64,000 bases of DNA from Bacteroidales bacterium (GCA_028282585.1 JANQHR010000040.1:32299-96298), one strand, 5' to 3'. Shown: positions 31,910-41,387, counted from the first letter of the stretch. The notes: a model not told the origin generated them from the letters alone. Numbers and translations: made by a program.

Positions 31910-34069
31910 CTAATAATTCATAATTTCTATATTATCAATTTTGTTATCCATCAAATTCTCAACAAAATAAAGCCAAACTCTTTTCTGAACATACTTTCGA
32001 TTCTCACTCCAACCATGATCTCCTCCCGGCACAACCAAATAATCAAAATACTTACCGGCTTTCATCAATTCGTTTACTAAACGTGCAGAGTTTGAAGGAT
32101 GAACATTGGTATCGATTTCGCCATGAATAATAAGTAATTTACCTTTTAGATTTTTTACCAGTGAAGTATTTGTATAGATTGTATCATTTACACCAATGTT
32201 TACTTCTGAATTGAAAACGTCTGTCCACCAGCCATGAAAAATATTTGGGTCATGTTGTCCGGCTCTACTTACACCAACTTTATAAAATTCAGGATATTTT
32301 AACATTGCTGTTGCAGTCATAAACCCTCCGCTTGAACCTCCCCAGATACCAACTCTGTCAATATCAATAAAAGAATGTCTATAAGCAAGCTGCTCAATCA
32401 TAAATTTATTATCCCCAATAGGATAATCTCTAATATTGGTGCGAAAATATTCACTAAACTCAACCGATCTGCCATAGGAACTCCCTCTTGTATCACACAT
32501 AACCACAATAAATCCGTATTGTGCTAAATGAGCGTTATTAAGCCCTTGAAAAAACTCGACAGGTACAAAGTTGTGTTGTGGCCCAGGGTATACAAAGGTT
32601 ATAACGGGATATTTTTTTTCAGGATTAAAATCAAAAGGCTTCCACATTACTCCCCAAAGATTGGTAATTGAATCTGTCGCCATTACCTTAAATATTTGTG
32701 GATTTTGCCAATCACTTTTTTCAAGTTCCAATTTATCCGCTTCCTCTAACAATAAAATACTATTCCCTTCTGTATCCTTTAATACCGACTTATGGCTTTG
32801 ATCGACACGAGAGTAAATATCTATATAATATTCAGAATTTGGTGAAATTATAATTTCGTGTTCCGCATTTTCAGAGCTTAATGGTTTGATCTCTTTATTA
32901 TTTATATCAATCTTATAAAACAATGAATAATAAGGATTTACTTCTTTCTCTTTTCCTTTTGCTAAAAAGTAAATATAACTACCAGCTACCGAAACAATTT
33001 TATCAACATTAAATTTACCTTTAGTTAACTGTTTTATTTTTTTACGTTTATTATCATATAAATAAACATGTCCCCATCCATCCTGTCTCGAAAACCATAG
33101 ATATTTATCATCCTCAATTTCAATAAATTCTTTAGGATAAATATTGGCTGAAGGTTTTTCTGTAATAATTACTTCATACTTTCCTTCTTTATTAACTTTC
33201 AATATATCACATTTTGTTTGAGTTTGATCTATTCTTTGAATAAAGAAAAACTCTCCATTCCTACTCCACCCTAAAAACCAATAATTTTCACCTGTCCACT
33301 TTTTCAAATCTGCTTTAAAAAACATATTATTCTCAATATTATAAATCCAAATTTCGTCCTTACTTTTTTTCTCCTTAGGATTTCTTTGTTTAAAAGTTAT
33401 AAGAGAAGGTCTCGGTTCAGTAATCGAATTAATCACCCAATTATCTTCTAATTCTCTGGAGTCTTTCCGAAATGCAACGAAATACTCAGATTTTTTTGAC
33501 CATGTTATACTTGGTGGTTGTATTAAGGTATCTTCATTATTAAGTTCATTCGTATATAAATAATCAATATTTCCATTGAAACTATAAAACTTTTCTCCAT
33601 CAAATGACAATTGCATATTTGCCTGAGACCGATTATCAACGAAATAAAGATTGTTATTTTTACAATAGACTGAATATAAATTATTAGGAGAAAAGTTATT
33701 TTCGCTAATTTCAAAAGGTGTTTCGCTAAAAATGTTAATTGAATTTAAAAATTGATTATAAATATACTTTACTGAATCAACTTGAAATATAAAATTACTA
33801 TCATCTATTTTGTCAATTTGAAGAGTGAGCTTTTGTTTTTCTGCTTTTTTTGGATTAACATAAAAAACATCGATACTATCCCCTTGTTTAACGCAATAAA
33901 TAAATTCACTATTCTTGCTTATCCAATAAGGCGATACTTTTTTTGGATTATATTTCTCATTTAACTTACTAATTGTGTACTTATTAGCTAATTGATAATT
34001 AGCCTCCATTTTTTGCGCATAAAGCGAAGAATACCAAATGATTAAAAAAAATAATATTAAATTTTTCAT
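31910..34069 (-). CDS. S9 family dipeptidyl-peptidase IV-like peptidase
   Basis: YPGP, nucleophile motif GGSSGG, HGEIDTNVH and GGDH. The signal peptide begins at the ATG at 34069 (MKNLILFF). Confidence 0.9.
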   Translation of the reverse strand: MKNLILFFLIIWYSSLYAQKMEANYQLANKYTISKLNEKYNPKKVSPYWISKNSEFIYCVKQGDSIDVFYVNPKKAEKQKLTLQIDKIDDSNFIFQVDSVKYIYNQFLNSINIFSETPFEISENNFSPNNLYSVYCKNNNLYFVDNRSQANMQLSFDGEKFYSFNGNIDYLYTNELNNEDTLIQPPSITWSKKSEYFVAFRKDSRELEDNWVINSITEPRPSLITFKQRNPKEKKSKDEIWIYNIENNMFFKADLKKWTGENYWFLGWSRNGEFFFIQRIDQTQTKCDILKVNKEGKYEVIITEKPSANIYPKEFIEIEDDKYLWFSRQDGWGHVYLYDNKRKKIKQLTKGKFNVDKIVSVAGSYIYFLAKGKEKEVNPYYSLFYKIDINNKEIKPLSSENAEHEIIISPNSEYYIDIYSRVDQSHKSVLKDTEGNSILLLEEADKLELEKSDWQNPQIFKVMATDSITNLWGVMWKPFDFNPEKKYPVITFVYPGPQHNFVPVEFFQGLNNAHLAQYGFIVVMCDTRGSSYGRSVEFSEYFRTNIRDYPIGDNKFMIEQLAYRHSFIDIDRVGIWGGSSGGFMTATAMLKYPEFYKVGVSRAGQHDPNIFHGWWTDVFNSEVNIGVNDTIYTNTSLVKNLKGKLLIIHGEIDTNVHPSNSARLVNELMKAGKYFDYLVVPGGDHGWSENRKYVQKRVWLYFVENLMDNKIDNIEIMNY

Positions 34070-34260
34070 ATAAATGAAGTTTGAGAATATTCTATTCTTA
34101 ATTCGAGGATTCATAACAAATATAACTCTTTAACTAATTTAAATTACGTAACCATAAATTTTCATCATGTGCAAAAACAATTGAATTTCTTCACAACATT
34201 AGTTAGCTAATAAATTAATTAGTTGGCGGTTCCAAAATAACATTATCGATTGTTTTAAAT

Positions 34261-34334
34261 GTCTCAAATAATGATCTGAAACTTCTTAAAATATTAAACC
34301 AAATAAAAACTTGTCCAAAATCATTATTCAAGAC
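34261..34334. promoter_or_regulatory. Pair of inverted 22-bp candidate operator sites in a divergent promoter
   Basis: The reverse complement of 34261-34282 (GTTTCAGATCATTATTTGAGAC) matches 34313-34334 (GTCCAAAATCATTATTCAAGAC) at 16 of 22 positions. Confidence 0.5.
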
Positions 34335-34385
34335 ATTTGATTTGCTTTCTCTGAATATTTTTATGTAAAACCTAAAAAACTTGAT

Positions 34386-36419
34386 ATGAAAACTTCTTAT
34401 TATTTTAATTTTACTTTCGTTCTAATTTTACTATTTGTTATTTGTAAAACTGCATATACGCAACAGACTAAAATTCTTATTTTACTGCCCGAAAATTATG
34501 GTGCAAACTATCATTTAAATAAAGATAATTTTGAAAATTTTGGCTGGGAAGTTATTGTTGCAGGAACTTCAGCTAACATTACTCCATGTCCGGTTTATGC
34601 TCAACCACTGGGATGTCCAACCGTTATTCCGGATGTTCTTATATCAGAAATTACAGATATTAGTACTTATAATTGTATTACAATAATGTCTGGCAGTCAT
34701 TGGGCCGGAAATCCGTGCGGAGATTTTATTTCTAGTACTACAACAATACAATTAATCCAGGAAGCAGTAGAAAAAAATATTCCAGTTGCTGCCTGGTGCA
34801 CAGGAGTAAGAGTTTTAGCTGCTGCTGATGTCATAAGCGGAAAAAACGTAACCGGCAATCCAAATTATAGTAATGAATATTCCAATGCAGGAGCAAATTA
34901 TCTTGGGAAAAATATATTACCTGTCATCGACGAAAATATCATAACTTGCTCTGCAGGAGATCACTATAACAAACAAAATTGCAATGCAATATTAGAAATC
35001 CTAAACTACAACTTTATAGCAAAAAATGAAAATTCAAATGACGCGTATAATTCCAGTGGTCAACACAACGATGGCGGCAAATCAATTATTCATACCAGTT
35101 CAGATAGCTTAATTGTAAGTGGATATACTTTTTCACAGGGTAATGGGAAGTCAGACGTATTAATAATCAAATCGGATACTTTTGGAAATTCTTCCTGGCA
35201 AAAAACTTATGGAGGTTCCGGTTGGGATTACAGTAACTCAATAATTGAAACAAGCGATAATAATTTTATAAGTGTTGGACTTACTACATCTTTTACTTCT
35301 AAGAATGTGGATGGTTATGCTATAAAGATTGATAGAAATGGGGATTTAATCTGGGAAAACACTTTTGGTGGTGAGAATTGGGACATTTTTAACTCAGTTT
35401 GCCAAGATAATAATGATAATTTATATATGTGCGGTTACACCGAATCTCTTGGCGCAGGAGAAGATGATATTTATTTAGTAAAAATAAACCCTGATGGTAA
35501 CATTATTTGGGAAAAAACTTTTGGAACACCGAATTCCGAAATGGGGTTTAAGATTATTCATACCAGCGATAATAATCTTTTAGTTATCGGAAATACCGGA
35601 AAATTTGTTTCATCCGGAGATAGAGACATTTATGTAATTAAAATTAACCTGGATGGAACAATATTGTGGGAAAAAACATATACTTCAAGAGGGTCTAATG
35701 TTTATCACGAAAGAGGGGTTGATATTATAGAACTTTCCGAAGGTGGATATTTAATAACAGGCTCACATGCAATTACATATAATGATGTGAGTAATATAAT
35801 TGTATTAAAAACCAACTCAGAAGGAAAAGAAATTTGGCGACAAGATCTCGGAGAAAGTAGCTATTATGATTATGGAATTGCTGCTCTCGAGTTAAGCAAT
35901 GCGTACTTAGTTGCAGGTGTTACAAAGTCAACAACAAATAATAATGATGTCATTTTTTATCACTTAAACCATAATGGTCAAAAAATTAATACAAGAAAAT
36001 TTACACATGAAGGTAATAGTTGGATTAGTTCTATGGCATATGCTAACAATAAAGTCATATTTTCCGGGCATAACAAGTCTGAAGAAAATTCCTCTTTAGA
36101 TTTTATGTTATCCGAATATATAATCGAAAGAGGAACAAATATTAATCCAGAAAAACTACCAGGCAAAGAGTCTCTTAAAGTCTTTCCAATACCTGCTGAT
36201 AACCATATAAATGTAACGTATAATTTAGAAGATAATGAATATGGCTATCTTGACATAATTAATGTTCAGGGGCAAATTGTTCATTCATTTGGAAAAATTT
36301 CCGGTGAAAATAAAGTCAAACAATGGAGTATTGAAGAAAATCTAAATGAAGGAGTATACTATTGCAGGTTACGTATTAAAAATGTGGTTTCTTATAAAAA
36401 GTTCATTATAGTAAAATAA
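34386..36419 (+). CDS. T9SS-secreted protein with DJ-1/PfpI domain, beta-propeller repeats and CTD
   Basis: KILILLP...VAAWCTG...GKNVTG...DENIIT (DJ-1 fold), xWEKTFGG propeller repeats and a CTD VFPIP...GVYYCRL...KFIIVK. Confidence 0.8.
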   Translation: MKTSYYFNFTFVLILLFVICKTAYTQQTKILILLPENYGANYHLNKDNFENFGWEVIVAGTSANITPCPVYAQPLGCPTVIPDVLISEITDISTYNCITIMSGSHWAGNPCGDFISSTTTIQLIQEAVEKNIPVAAWCTGVRVLAAADVISGKNVTGNPNYSNEYSNAGANYLGKNILPVIDENIITCSAGDHYNKQNCNAILEILNYNFIAKNENSNDAYNSSGQHNDGGKSIIHTSSDSLIVSGYTFSQGNGKSDVLIIKSDTFGNSSWQKTYGGSGWDYSNSIIETSDNNFISVGLTTSFTSKNVDGYAIKIDRNGDLIWENTFGGENWDIFNSVCQDNNDNLYMCGYTESLGAGEDDIYLVKINPDGNIIWEKTFGTPNSEMGFKIIHTSDNNLLVIGNTGKFVSSGDRDIYVIKINLDGTILWEKTYTSRGSNVYHERGVDIIELSEGGYLITGSHAITYNDVSNIIVLKTNSEGKEIWRQDLGESSYYDYGIAALELSNAYLVAGVTKSTTNNNDVIFYHLNHNGQKINTRKFTHEGNSWISSMAYANNKVIFSGHNKSEENSSLDFMLSEYIIERGTNINPEKLPGKESLKVFPIPADNHINVTYNLEDNEYGYLDIINVQGQIVHSFGKISGENKVKQWSIEENLNEGVYYCRLRIKNVVSYKKFIIVK

Positions 36420-36434
36420 CTAATATTAAGTTCT

Positions 36435-37181
36435 ATGAAATATTTTTTTATTATTCCCTTGATTTTATTATCTGCAAGTATTTTTAGTCAAACTGACTCT
36501 CTAAACCTTATAATTAATAAATATATTGATGCAATAGGAGGAAAAGATAATCTGGACAATATCAACACAGTTTATATTAAAAGAAAATTAATTCACGAAG
36601 AAAATAACACTTCTCGTTTGAACTATAGCTATCAGAAAAAACCAAATTATAGAATCTTCGGGAACTTAACTGCTCACAGGTTTACAACAACAGATGGAAC
36701 AGATTCGTGGAAAGCAGAATTTGACTCCACCGATAATGTCTATAAATGGTCAAAGCTTACGGAAAAATACTCAAATGCATTAATAATAAATGGAAATTTT
36801 TATTGGTTTTTAGGGGTATTTGTTATGGGCCCCAATGACAAAATGAGTTTGGAATACATCGGTACAAGGTTAATTAACGCAATTAAGACAAACGTTATTA
36901 AAGTAAAATGGTTTGATGGTTCAAGTTGGGAATACTATTTAGATACTAAAACCAATTTAATATACCAGTTAAAACCAACTGAAACCTCTACTATAAGATT
37001 TTTAGATTATAAAAAAGAACAAAATATACTTATTGCTCACAAAACTATTGGTAAAGGAGAAGGGCCTAATGGTCCATACGAACATATAAATATAATCCTA
37101 GAAATCGAATTCAATATTCCGTTAAAGGAAGGAATATTTACTCCTTCAAACAACAAAATCTTAAGAATTCCTGTGTTGTGA
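36435..37181 (+). CDS. Exported LolA-like fold hypothetical protein
   Basis: Signal peptide and IINKYIDAIGG, YYLDTKTNL, FLDYK pattern. Confidence 0.6.
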   Translation: MKYFFIIPLILLSASIFSQTDSLNLIINKYIDAIGGKDNLDNINTVYIKRKLIHEENNTSRLNYSYQKKPNYRIFGNLTAHRFTTTDGTDSWKAEFDSTDNVYKWSKLTEKYSNALIINGNFYWFLGVFVMGPNDKMSLEYIGTRLINAIKTNVIKVKWFDGSSWEYYLDTKTNLIYQLKPTETSTIRFLDYKKEQNILIAHKTIGKGEGPNGPYEHINIILEIEFNIPLKEGIFTPSNNKILRIPVL

Positions 37182-37239
37182 TATTACATGATAGTAATTT
37201 TCTCAATGCATTTAGTTATTTTGGTATAAAATAACTAAA

Positions 37240-37494
37240 TTAATCTAAGTGTGGCTTTTCTTCTTTTTGTTTTTCATCAATATAATGATCGATCCGGGAA
37301 AGATCCGTCATAATTTCAATTTTATCAATTTTGTCTGATAAAACCGAATAAAAAACTTCCACAAAAAAATCATCTATTGAATAAAGGTTCAATAGTTGGT
37401 TACCTTTTTTAACCTGAGTTAAATGTTTACCCTTACTAATTAGAAGCATCCCTTGCTCTGCAAGGGACATTTCACTAAACTCCTCCCTTGTCAT
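37240..37494 (-). CDS. Small hypothetical protein (84 aa)
   Basis: Clean ORF with the EF..MSL.EQ...LYSIDDFFVEVFY pattern seen in small Bacteroidota proteins. Confidence 0.7.
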   Translation of the reverse strand: MTREEFSEMSLAEQGMLLISKGKHLTQVKKGNQLLNLYSIDDFFVEVFYSVLSDKIDKIEIMTDLSRIDHYIDEKQKEEKPHLD

Positions 37495-37597
37495 ATATTA
37501 AAACACATTAATTATCGTATCGTATAAACTAAAACAAAAAAATAACGGTAATGTTTTAACTGTATATTATAATAATATGAACTCATTAAGATTTTTC

Positions 37598-37870
37598 TTA
37601 ATCAAGAAACTTCTTTGTTTTCAATGGTATTCCCTCCAGTAAAGCAATAGTCTTGTAAGCTTCTTCAGCACTATCTCCACAAACTAACTTTTCCGGTTTA
37701 AATCCTGTGCAAACCTTGGGTCGTTTTGGTGAATCAAAGATCTTACAACTTAAATCTTCTTTTAACTGAACACAAGGAACCCCTGCCGGCTTACCGTTTG
37801 GCATACCAGGGATTGAAGAAGATATAGATGGATATATGCAACATGCTGCACAACCTGAGCGACATTTCAT
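37598..37870 (-). CDS. YkgJ-family cysteine cluster protein
   Basis: CRSGCAACC, GKPAGVPCVQL, CKIF and RPKVC. Confidence 0.9.
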   Translation of the reverse strand: MKCRSGCAACCIYPSISSSIPGMPNGKPAGVPCVQLKEDLSCKIFDSPKRPKVCTGFKPEKLVCGDSAEEAYKTIALLEGIPLKTKKFLD

Positions 37871-37988
37871 TTTCAAAATTTTTTACAATATTAAAAAAGT
37901 ATTATGAATCCTTAATACTTATTAGTTTGAATTGTTTATAACTTTTTGTAATTTGCATAGTAACAGGCAACAACAAATGAAATAACTC

Positions 37989-39047
37989 ATGGAAAATTTA
38001 GGTGCAATTATTAAAAATGAACTTTCGTTACAAGCTGGAGAGTTAGCTGAAAAAATAGTTGAACTTCAATACAATCGCCAACCAGATTTCTGGAACAAAT
38101 ATGGAAAAAGAGGCAAACAACTTAGTCTACGTGATGCTGCTTATCACTTACCTTTTTTAGGCGAATCTATTGAAATCGGGGATAAAACTATTTTTACAAA
38201 TTACGTGAAATGGGTTAAAAAACTTTTCCGGGGTTTAAAATTCCCTGATGAAGTAATGATTGAAACCTTAAGATGCACGAAAGAAATTATAGAAAAAGAG
38301 TTTCCAAAAGAACAATCCGATTTGGTAGCTGAATACATTGAAGCAGGTCTGGAACAAATGAAAATGCCTTTAGAGGAATCTAAATCTTATCTCAATGTTC
38401 TTGATCCTCTGGGCGAACTCGCTATGGATTTTAATAAAGCCCTTCTTGATGGCGATAGGAAAACTGCAAGCAGCCTAATTTTAGACGCTGTAGAAAAAGG
38501 AACTCCTATTGAGGATATATACATGCATGTTTTCCAAAAGTCGCAATACGAAGTAGGACGCTTATGGTTAAATAATAAAATAACTGTTGCCAAAGAACAT
38601 TTCTGTTCCGCGGCAACTCAACAAATTATGAGCCAACTTTACCCCTATATATTTGCAAGAGAACGCATTGGACGTAATATGGTTGCAGCAAGTATAGGTG
38701 GAGAATTACACGAAATAGGTATAAGGATGGTAGCCGACTTTTTCGAAATGAAGGGTTGGGATACATATTATCTTGGTGCAAACACTCCAACTGATTCTAT
38801 ACTTTATTCAATCGAAGAAAACAATGCTGACTTGGTTGGATTATCCATTGCAATTCCTTATCAGATCGGACTACTTAAAAATACCATTGAACGCATACGT
38901 GAAAATATGAACGGAAGCCTTAAAATCCTGATCGGTGGATATGCGTTGCATGGTATAGGACAAAACTGGCAAGAGTTTAAAGCAGATGGTTATGCTGAAA
39001 ACGCCCAAAAGGCAGTAATACTAGCAAATACTTTAATGGATAGTTAA
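37989..39047 (+). CDS. Phycobiliprotein/globin-like domain fused to a CarH-type cobalamin-binding domain (putative photoreceptor)
   Basis: W193-x9-E203-H204 (GRLWLNNKITVAKEH) and E239-x-H241-xxG (GELHEIG), plus YLGANTP. The N-terminal SLRDAAYHL..L...I..GD resembles the phycobiliprotein CLRDxxYYLR....GD segment. Confidence 0.82.
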   Translation: MENLGAIIKNELSLQAGELAEKIVELQYNRQPDFWNKYGKRGKQLSLRDAAYHLPFLGESIEIGDKTIFTNYVKWVKKLFRGLKFPDEVMIETLRCTKEIIEKEFPKEQSDLVAEYIEAGLEQMKMPLEESKSYLNVLDPLGELAMDFNKALLDGDRKTASSLILDAVEKGTPIEDIYMHVFQKSQYEVGRLWLNNKITVAKEHFCSAATQQIMSQLYPYIFARERIGRNMVAASIGGELHEIGIRMVADFFEMKGWDTYYLGANTPTDSILYSIEENNADLVGLSIAIPYQIGLLKNTIERIRENMNGSLKILIGGYALHGIGQNWQEFKADGYAENAQKAVILANTLMDS

Positions 39048-39052
39048 AATTT

Positions 39053-40246
39053 ATGGCAAAAGTTAGCGGATGCGCGTTCCTGTGCGATGAAAGTGGAGTT
39101 ATTCAACAGGTTTTAAGAGACGATTTTGGTTTTTCTGAAAATGGTTGCCAGGGTAAATTATTTACTTCAATTATAGATCAGCATTCACGAAGTAAATCAT
39201 TAAATATGATTTTGGAAACTAAAAACAAAAACTTGGCTTTCGATTACAGGTTAAATGTTTTTATTCAAGATCAGCTAAAATCTCTCTATTTTATGGGAGT
39301 GTATTTGGGTAAACAAATATTAATAATTGGTGCAGATAATCATAACGAAGCCATTGAGTTTACCAATCAATTACAACAGATCAACAATGAACAATCAAAC
39401 CAGATTCGGATACTTCTAAAAAAACAAAACGAAAAAATTACAACTCAGGAAAAAGAAAACGAAGCAATATTTGATGAACTCAGTCGTGTAAACAACGAAT
39501 TAATCAATTTACAACGAGAATTGAACCGTAAAAACGCAGAATTAGAAAGGTTAAACGATTTAAAAAACAGGTTTTTAGGAATGGCTGCTCATGATCTCCG
39601 AAATCCTTTAAGCAATATTAACGCCATATCTGATTTTTTACAGAAAAAAAGCGACAATTTTGACGAAAGACAAAATCGGTTTGTAAACCATATAAAGGAA
39701 TTAAGCTCATTTATGCTGAATTTAGTAAATGAACTATTGGACATCTCTGCTATCGAATCCGGCAATGTAAAGATTAATAGTACTCCGACCAACTTAGTAC
39801 TTTTAATTGAAACTAATATCAATTTGAATAAAGAACTTGCGAACAAAAAAAATATTGAAATCCTATTCGAATCAAATGTTGATTCTTTAATATTGAAGAT
39901 CGATAATAATAAAATTGATCAGGTTTTAACTAATTTATTAACAAACGCAATTAAGTATTCAAATAACGATACAAAAATTTTTGTATCTTTAAAACGACAG
40001 GAAACAGAAGTACTAATTAATGTTCAGGATCAGGGACAGGGAATTGCAGAAGATGAGGTAGTTTCTTTATTTAAACCATTTCAAAAAACCAGTACGAAGA
40101 GTACTGCCGGGGAAAAAAGTACCGGATTAGGATTGTACATAGTTAAAAGAATTGTTGAGGCTCATCAAGGTCAAATAGAAGTAGAAAGCGAAGTTGGAAA
40201 AGGCTCAACATTTTATTTTAGTTTACCATTAAACTCAACAAGCTAA
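39053..40246 (+). CDS. Soluble sensor histidine kinase (PAS-like, coiled coil, HisKA, HATPase)
   Basis: H-box AHDLRNPL, N-box NLLTNAIKY, DQGQG and STGLGL; no TM helix. Confidence 0.93.
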   Translation: MAKVSGCAFLCDESGVIQQVLRDDFGFSENGCQGKLFTSIIDQHSRSKSLNMILETKNKNLAFDYRLNVFIQDQLKSLYFMGVYLGKQILIIGADNHNEAIEFTNQLQQINNEQSNQIRILLKKQNEKITTQEKENEAIFDELSRVNNELINLQRELNRKNAELERLNDLKNRFLGMAAHDLRNPLSNINAISDFLQKKSDNFDERQNRFVNHIKELSSFMLNLVNELLDISAIESGNVKINSTPTNLVLLIETNINLNKELANKKNIEILFESNVDSLILKIDNNKIDQVLTNLLTNAIKYSNNDTKIFVSLKRQETEVLINVQDQGQGIAEDEVVSLFKPFQKTSTKSTAGEKSTGLGLYIVKRIVEAHQGQIEVESEVGKGSTFYFSLPLNSTS

Positions 40247-40247
40247 T

Positions 40248-41021
40248 ATGAGCAAATCTATTCTGATAGTTGATGATGATCATACCAATATAGAAATTAT
40301 TTCCATAATCATTGAAGAAGATACAGATTATCATGTGGATTCAGTAGATACTGGAAAAGCTTGCCTGGAATATCTCAAGAAAAATAAACCCGATTTAATC
40401 TTGTTGGACGTTATGCTCCCAGATATACTAGGAACTGACGTTTGTGTCCAAATAAAAAACAACCCCAAATTTGTTGATGTAATTATTATTTTATTATCAG
40501 GGATTAAAGTTACGAAAGACGACTACATTTTTGGTTTAGAAATAGGTGCTGATGATTATTTAAGCAGACCTTTTGAAGCTCGTGAATTAATCGCACGAAT
40601 TAAATCAATTATAAGGTTAAAAGAATCGATTGTAAAGCTTCGAGAAACGACCTTTGAACCATTCGACCGGCGAAGTACAGAGCAAACCGCTAAAATCTAT
40701 GAACAGGAACTTATAAAAATTGCTTACCATAAAGAATTCAAAAATATAACTAAAGAATATACAGCAATTTTAAATAAATCAATTCAACAAAGGATGTTTA
40801 AAAATAATGAAAATGACCCTGATCCAATTAAGAAATTAGCTGCCGAATTAAGTTTTCTTAAGGCAGGTGCAAGAGATATAATTGACATTCATAAAGAAGC
40901 ACTAAAATATATGTTAAATGAAGACTCAGCCAAACGAGCGTTTTTAATTAAAGAAGAATCAAGAATCGTTTTGCTTGAAATAATGGGTTATTTACTTAAT
41001 TTTTATCGAAACAAAATATAA
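40248..41021 (+). CDS. Response regulator with a KaiA-like C-terminal domain (KaiA3-like)
   Basis: REC domain with D9/D10 and phosphoacceptor D54. The C-terminal IIDIHKEAL...ESRIVLLEIMGYLLNFYR parallels the KaiA consensus IIEIHMELI...DYRLTLIDILAHLCExYR. It lies directly upstream of kaiB. Confidence 0.78.
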   Translation: MSKSILIVDDDHTNIEIISIIIEEDTDYHVDSVDTGKACLEYLKKNKPDLILLDVMLPDILGTDVCVQIKNNPKFVDVIIILLSGIKVTKDDYIFGLEIGADDYLSRPFEARELIARIKSIIRLKESIVKLRETTFEPFDRRSTEQTAKIYEQELIKIAYHKEFKNITKEYTAILNKSIQQRMFKNNENDPDPIKKLAAELSFLKAGARDIIDIHKEALKYMLNEDSAKRAFLIKEESRIVLLEIMGYLLNFYRNKI

Positions 41022-41108
41022 TTTGTATTTGTAATATTTTATATAATATCAATAAATAAAATACTCTAAAAAAGGTGAAGTTAAAATTAAGAAAATCATA
41101 TCTAAATT

Positions 41109-41387
41109 ATGACTAAATATTTGTTAAAACTCTACATCACAGGAAAAACAGCGCGGTCTGACCGTGCGATAAAAGCGTTGAAGGAGATCTGCGCTAAAGA
41201 GTTGGGAAATAAGTACGAGTTAAATGTAATTGACGTATTAGAATCTCCACAAGAGGCTGAAGACGATAAAGTTTTAGCCACACCGACGCTAATAAAATCT
41301 CTACCTCCCCCTATTAAACGTATAATTGGAGACCTATCGGATAGAGAAAAGGTGCTAATTGGGCTAGACCTAGTTAAAAATGTATAA
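41109..41387 (+). CDS. kaiB: Circadian clock protein KaiB
   Basis: [53 protein letters not shown]. Confidence 0.97.
   Translation: MTKYLLKLYITGKTARSDRAIKALKEICAKELGNKYELNVIDVLESPQEAEDDKVLATPTLIKSLPPPIKRIIGDLSDREKVLIGLDLVKNV

Noticed and set aside
37989-39047. Corrinoid methyltransferase protein or CarH/LitR repressor
   Set aside because: It has ExH and W-x9-EH rather than DxH, there are no methyltransferase partners nearby, and it has no MerR HTH or neighbouring carotenoid genes.
39053-40246. Calling this kinase SasA because of its AHDLRNPL H-box and proximity to kai genes
   Set aside because: That H-box is common, and the N-terminus shows no KaiB-like domain, which defines SasA.
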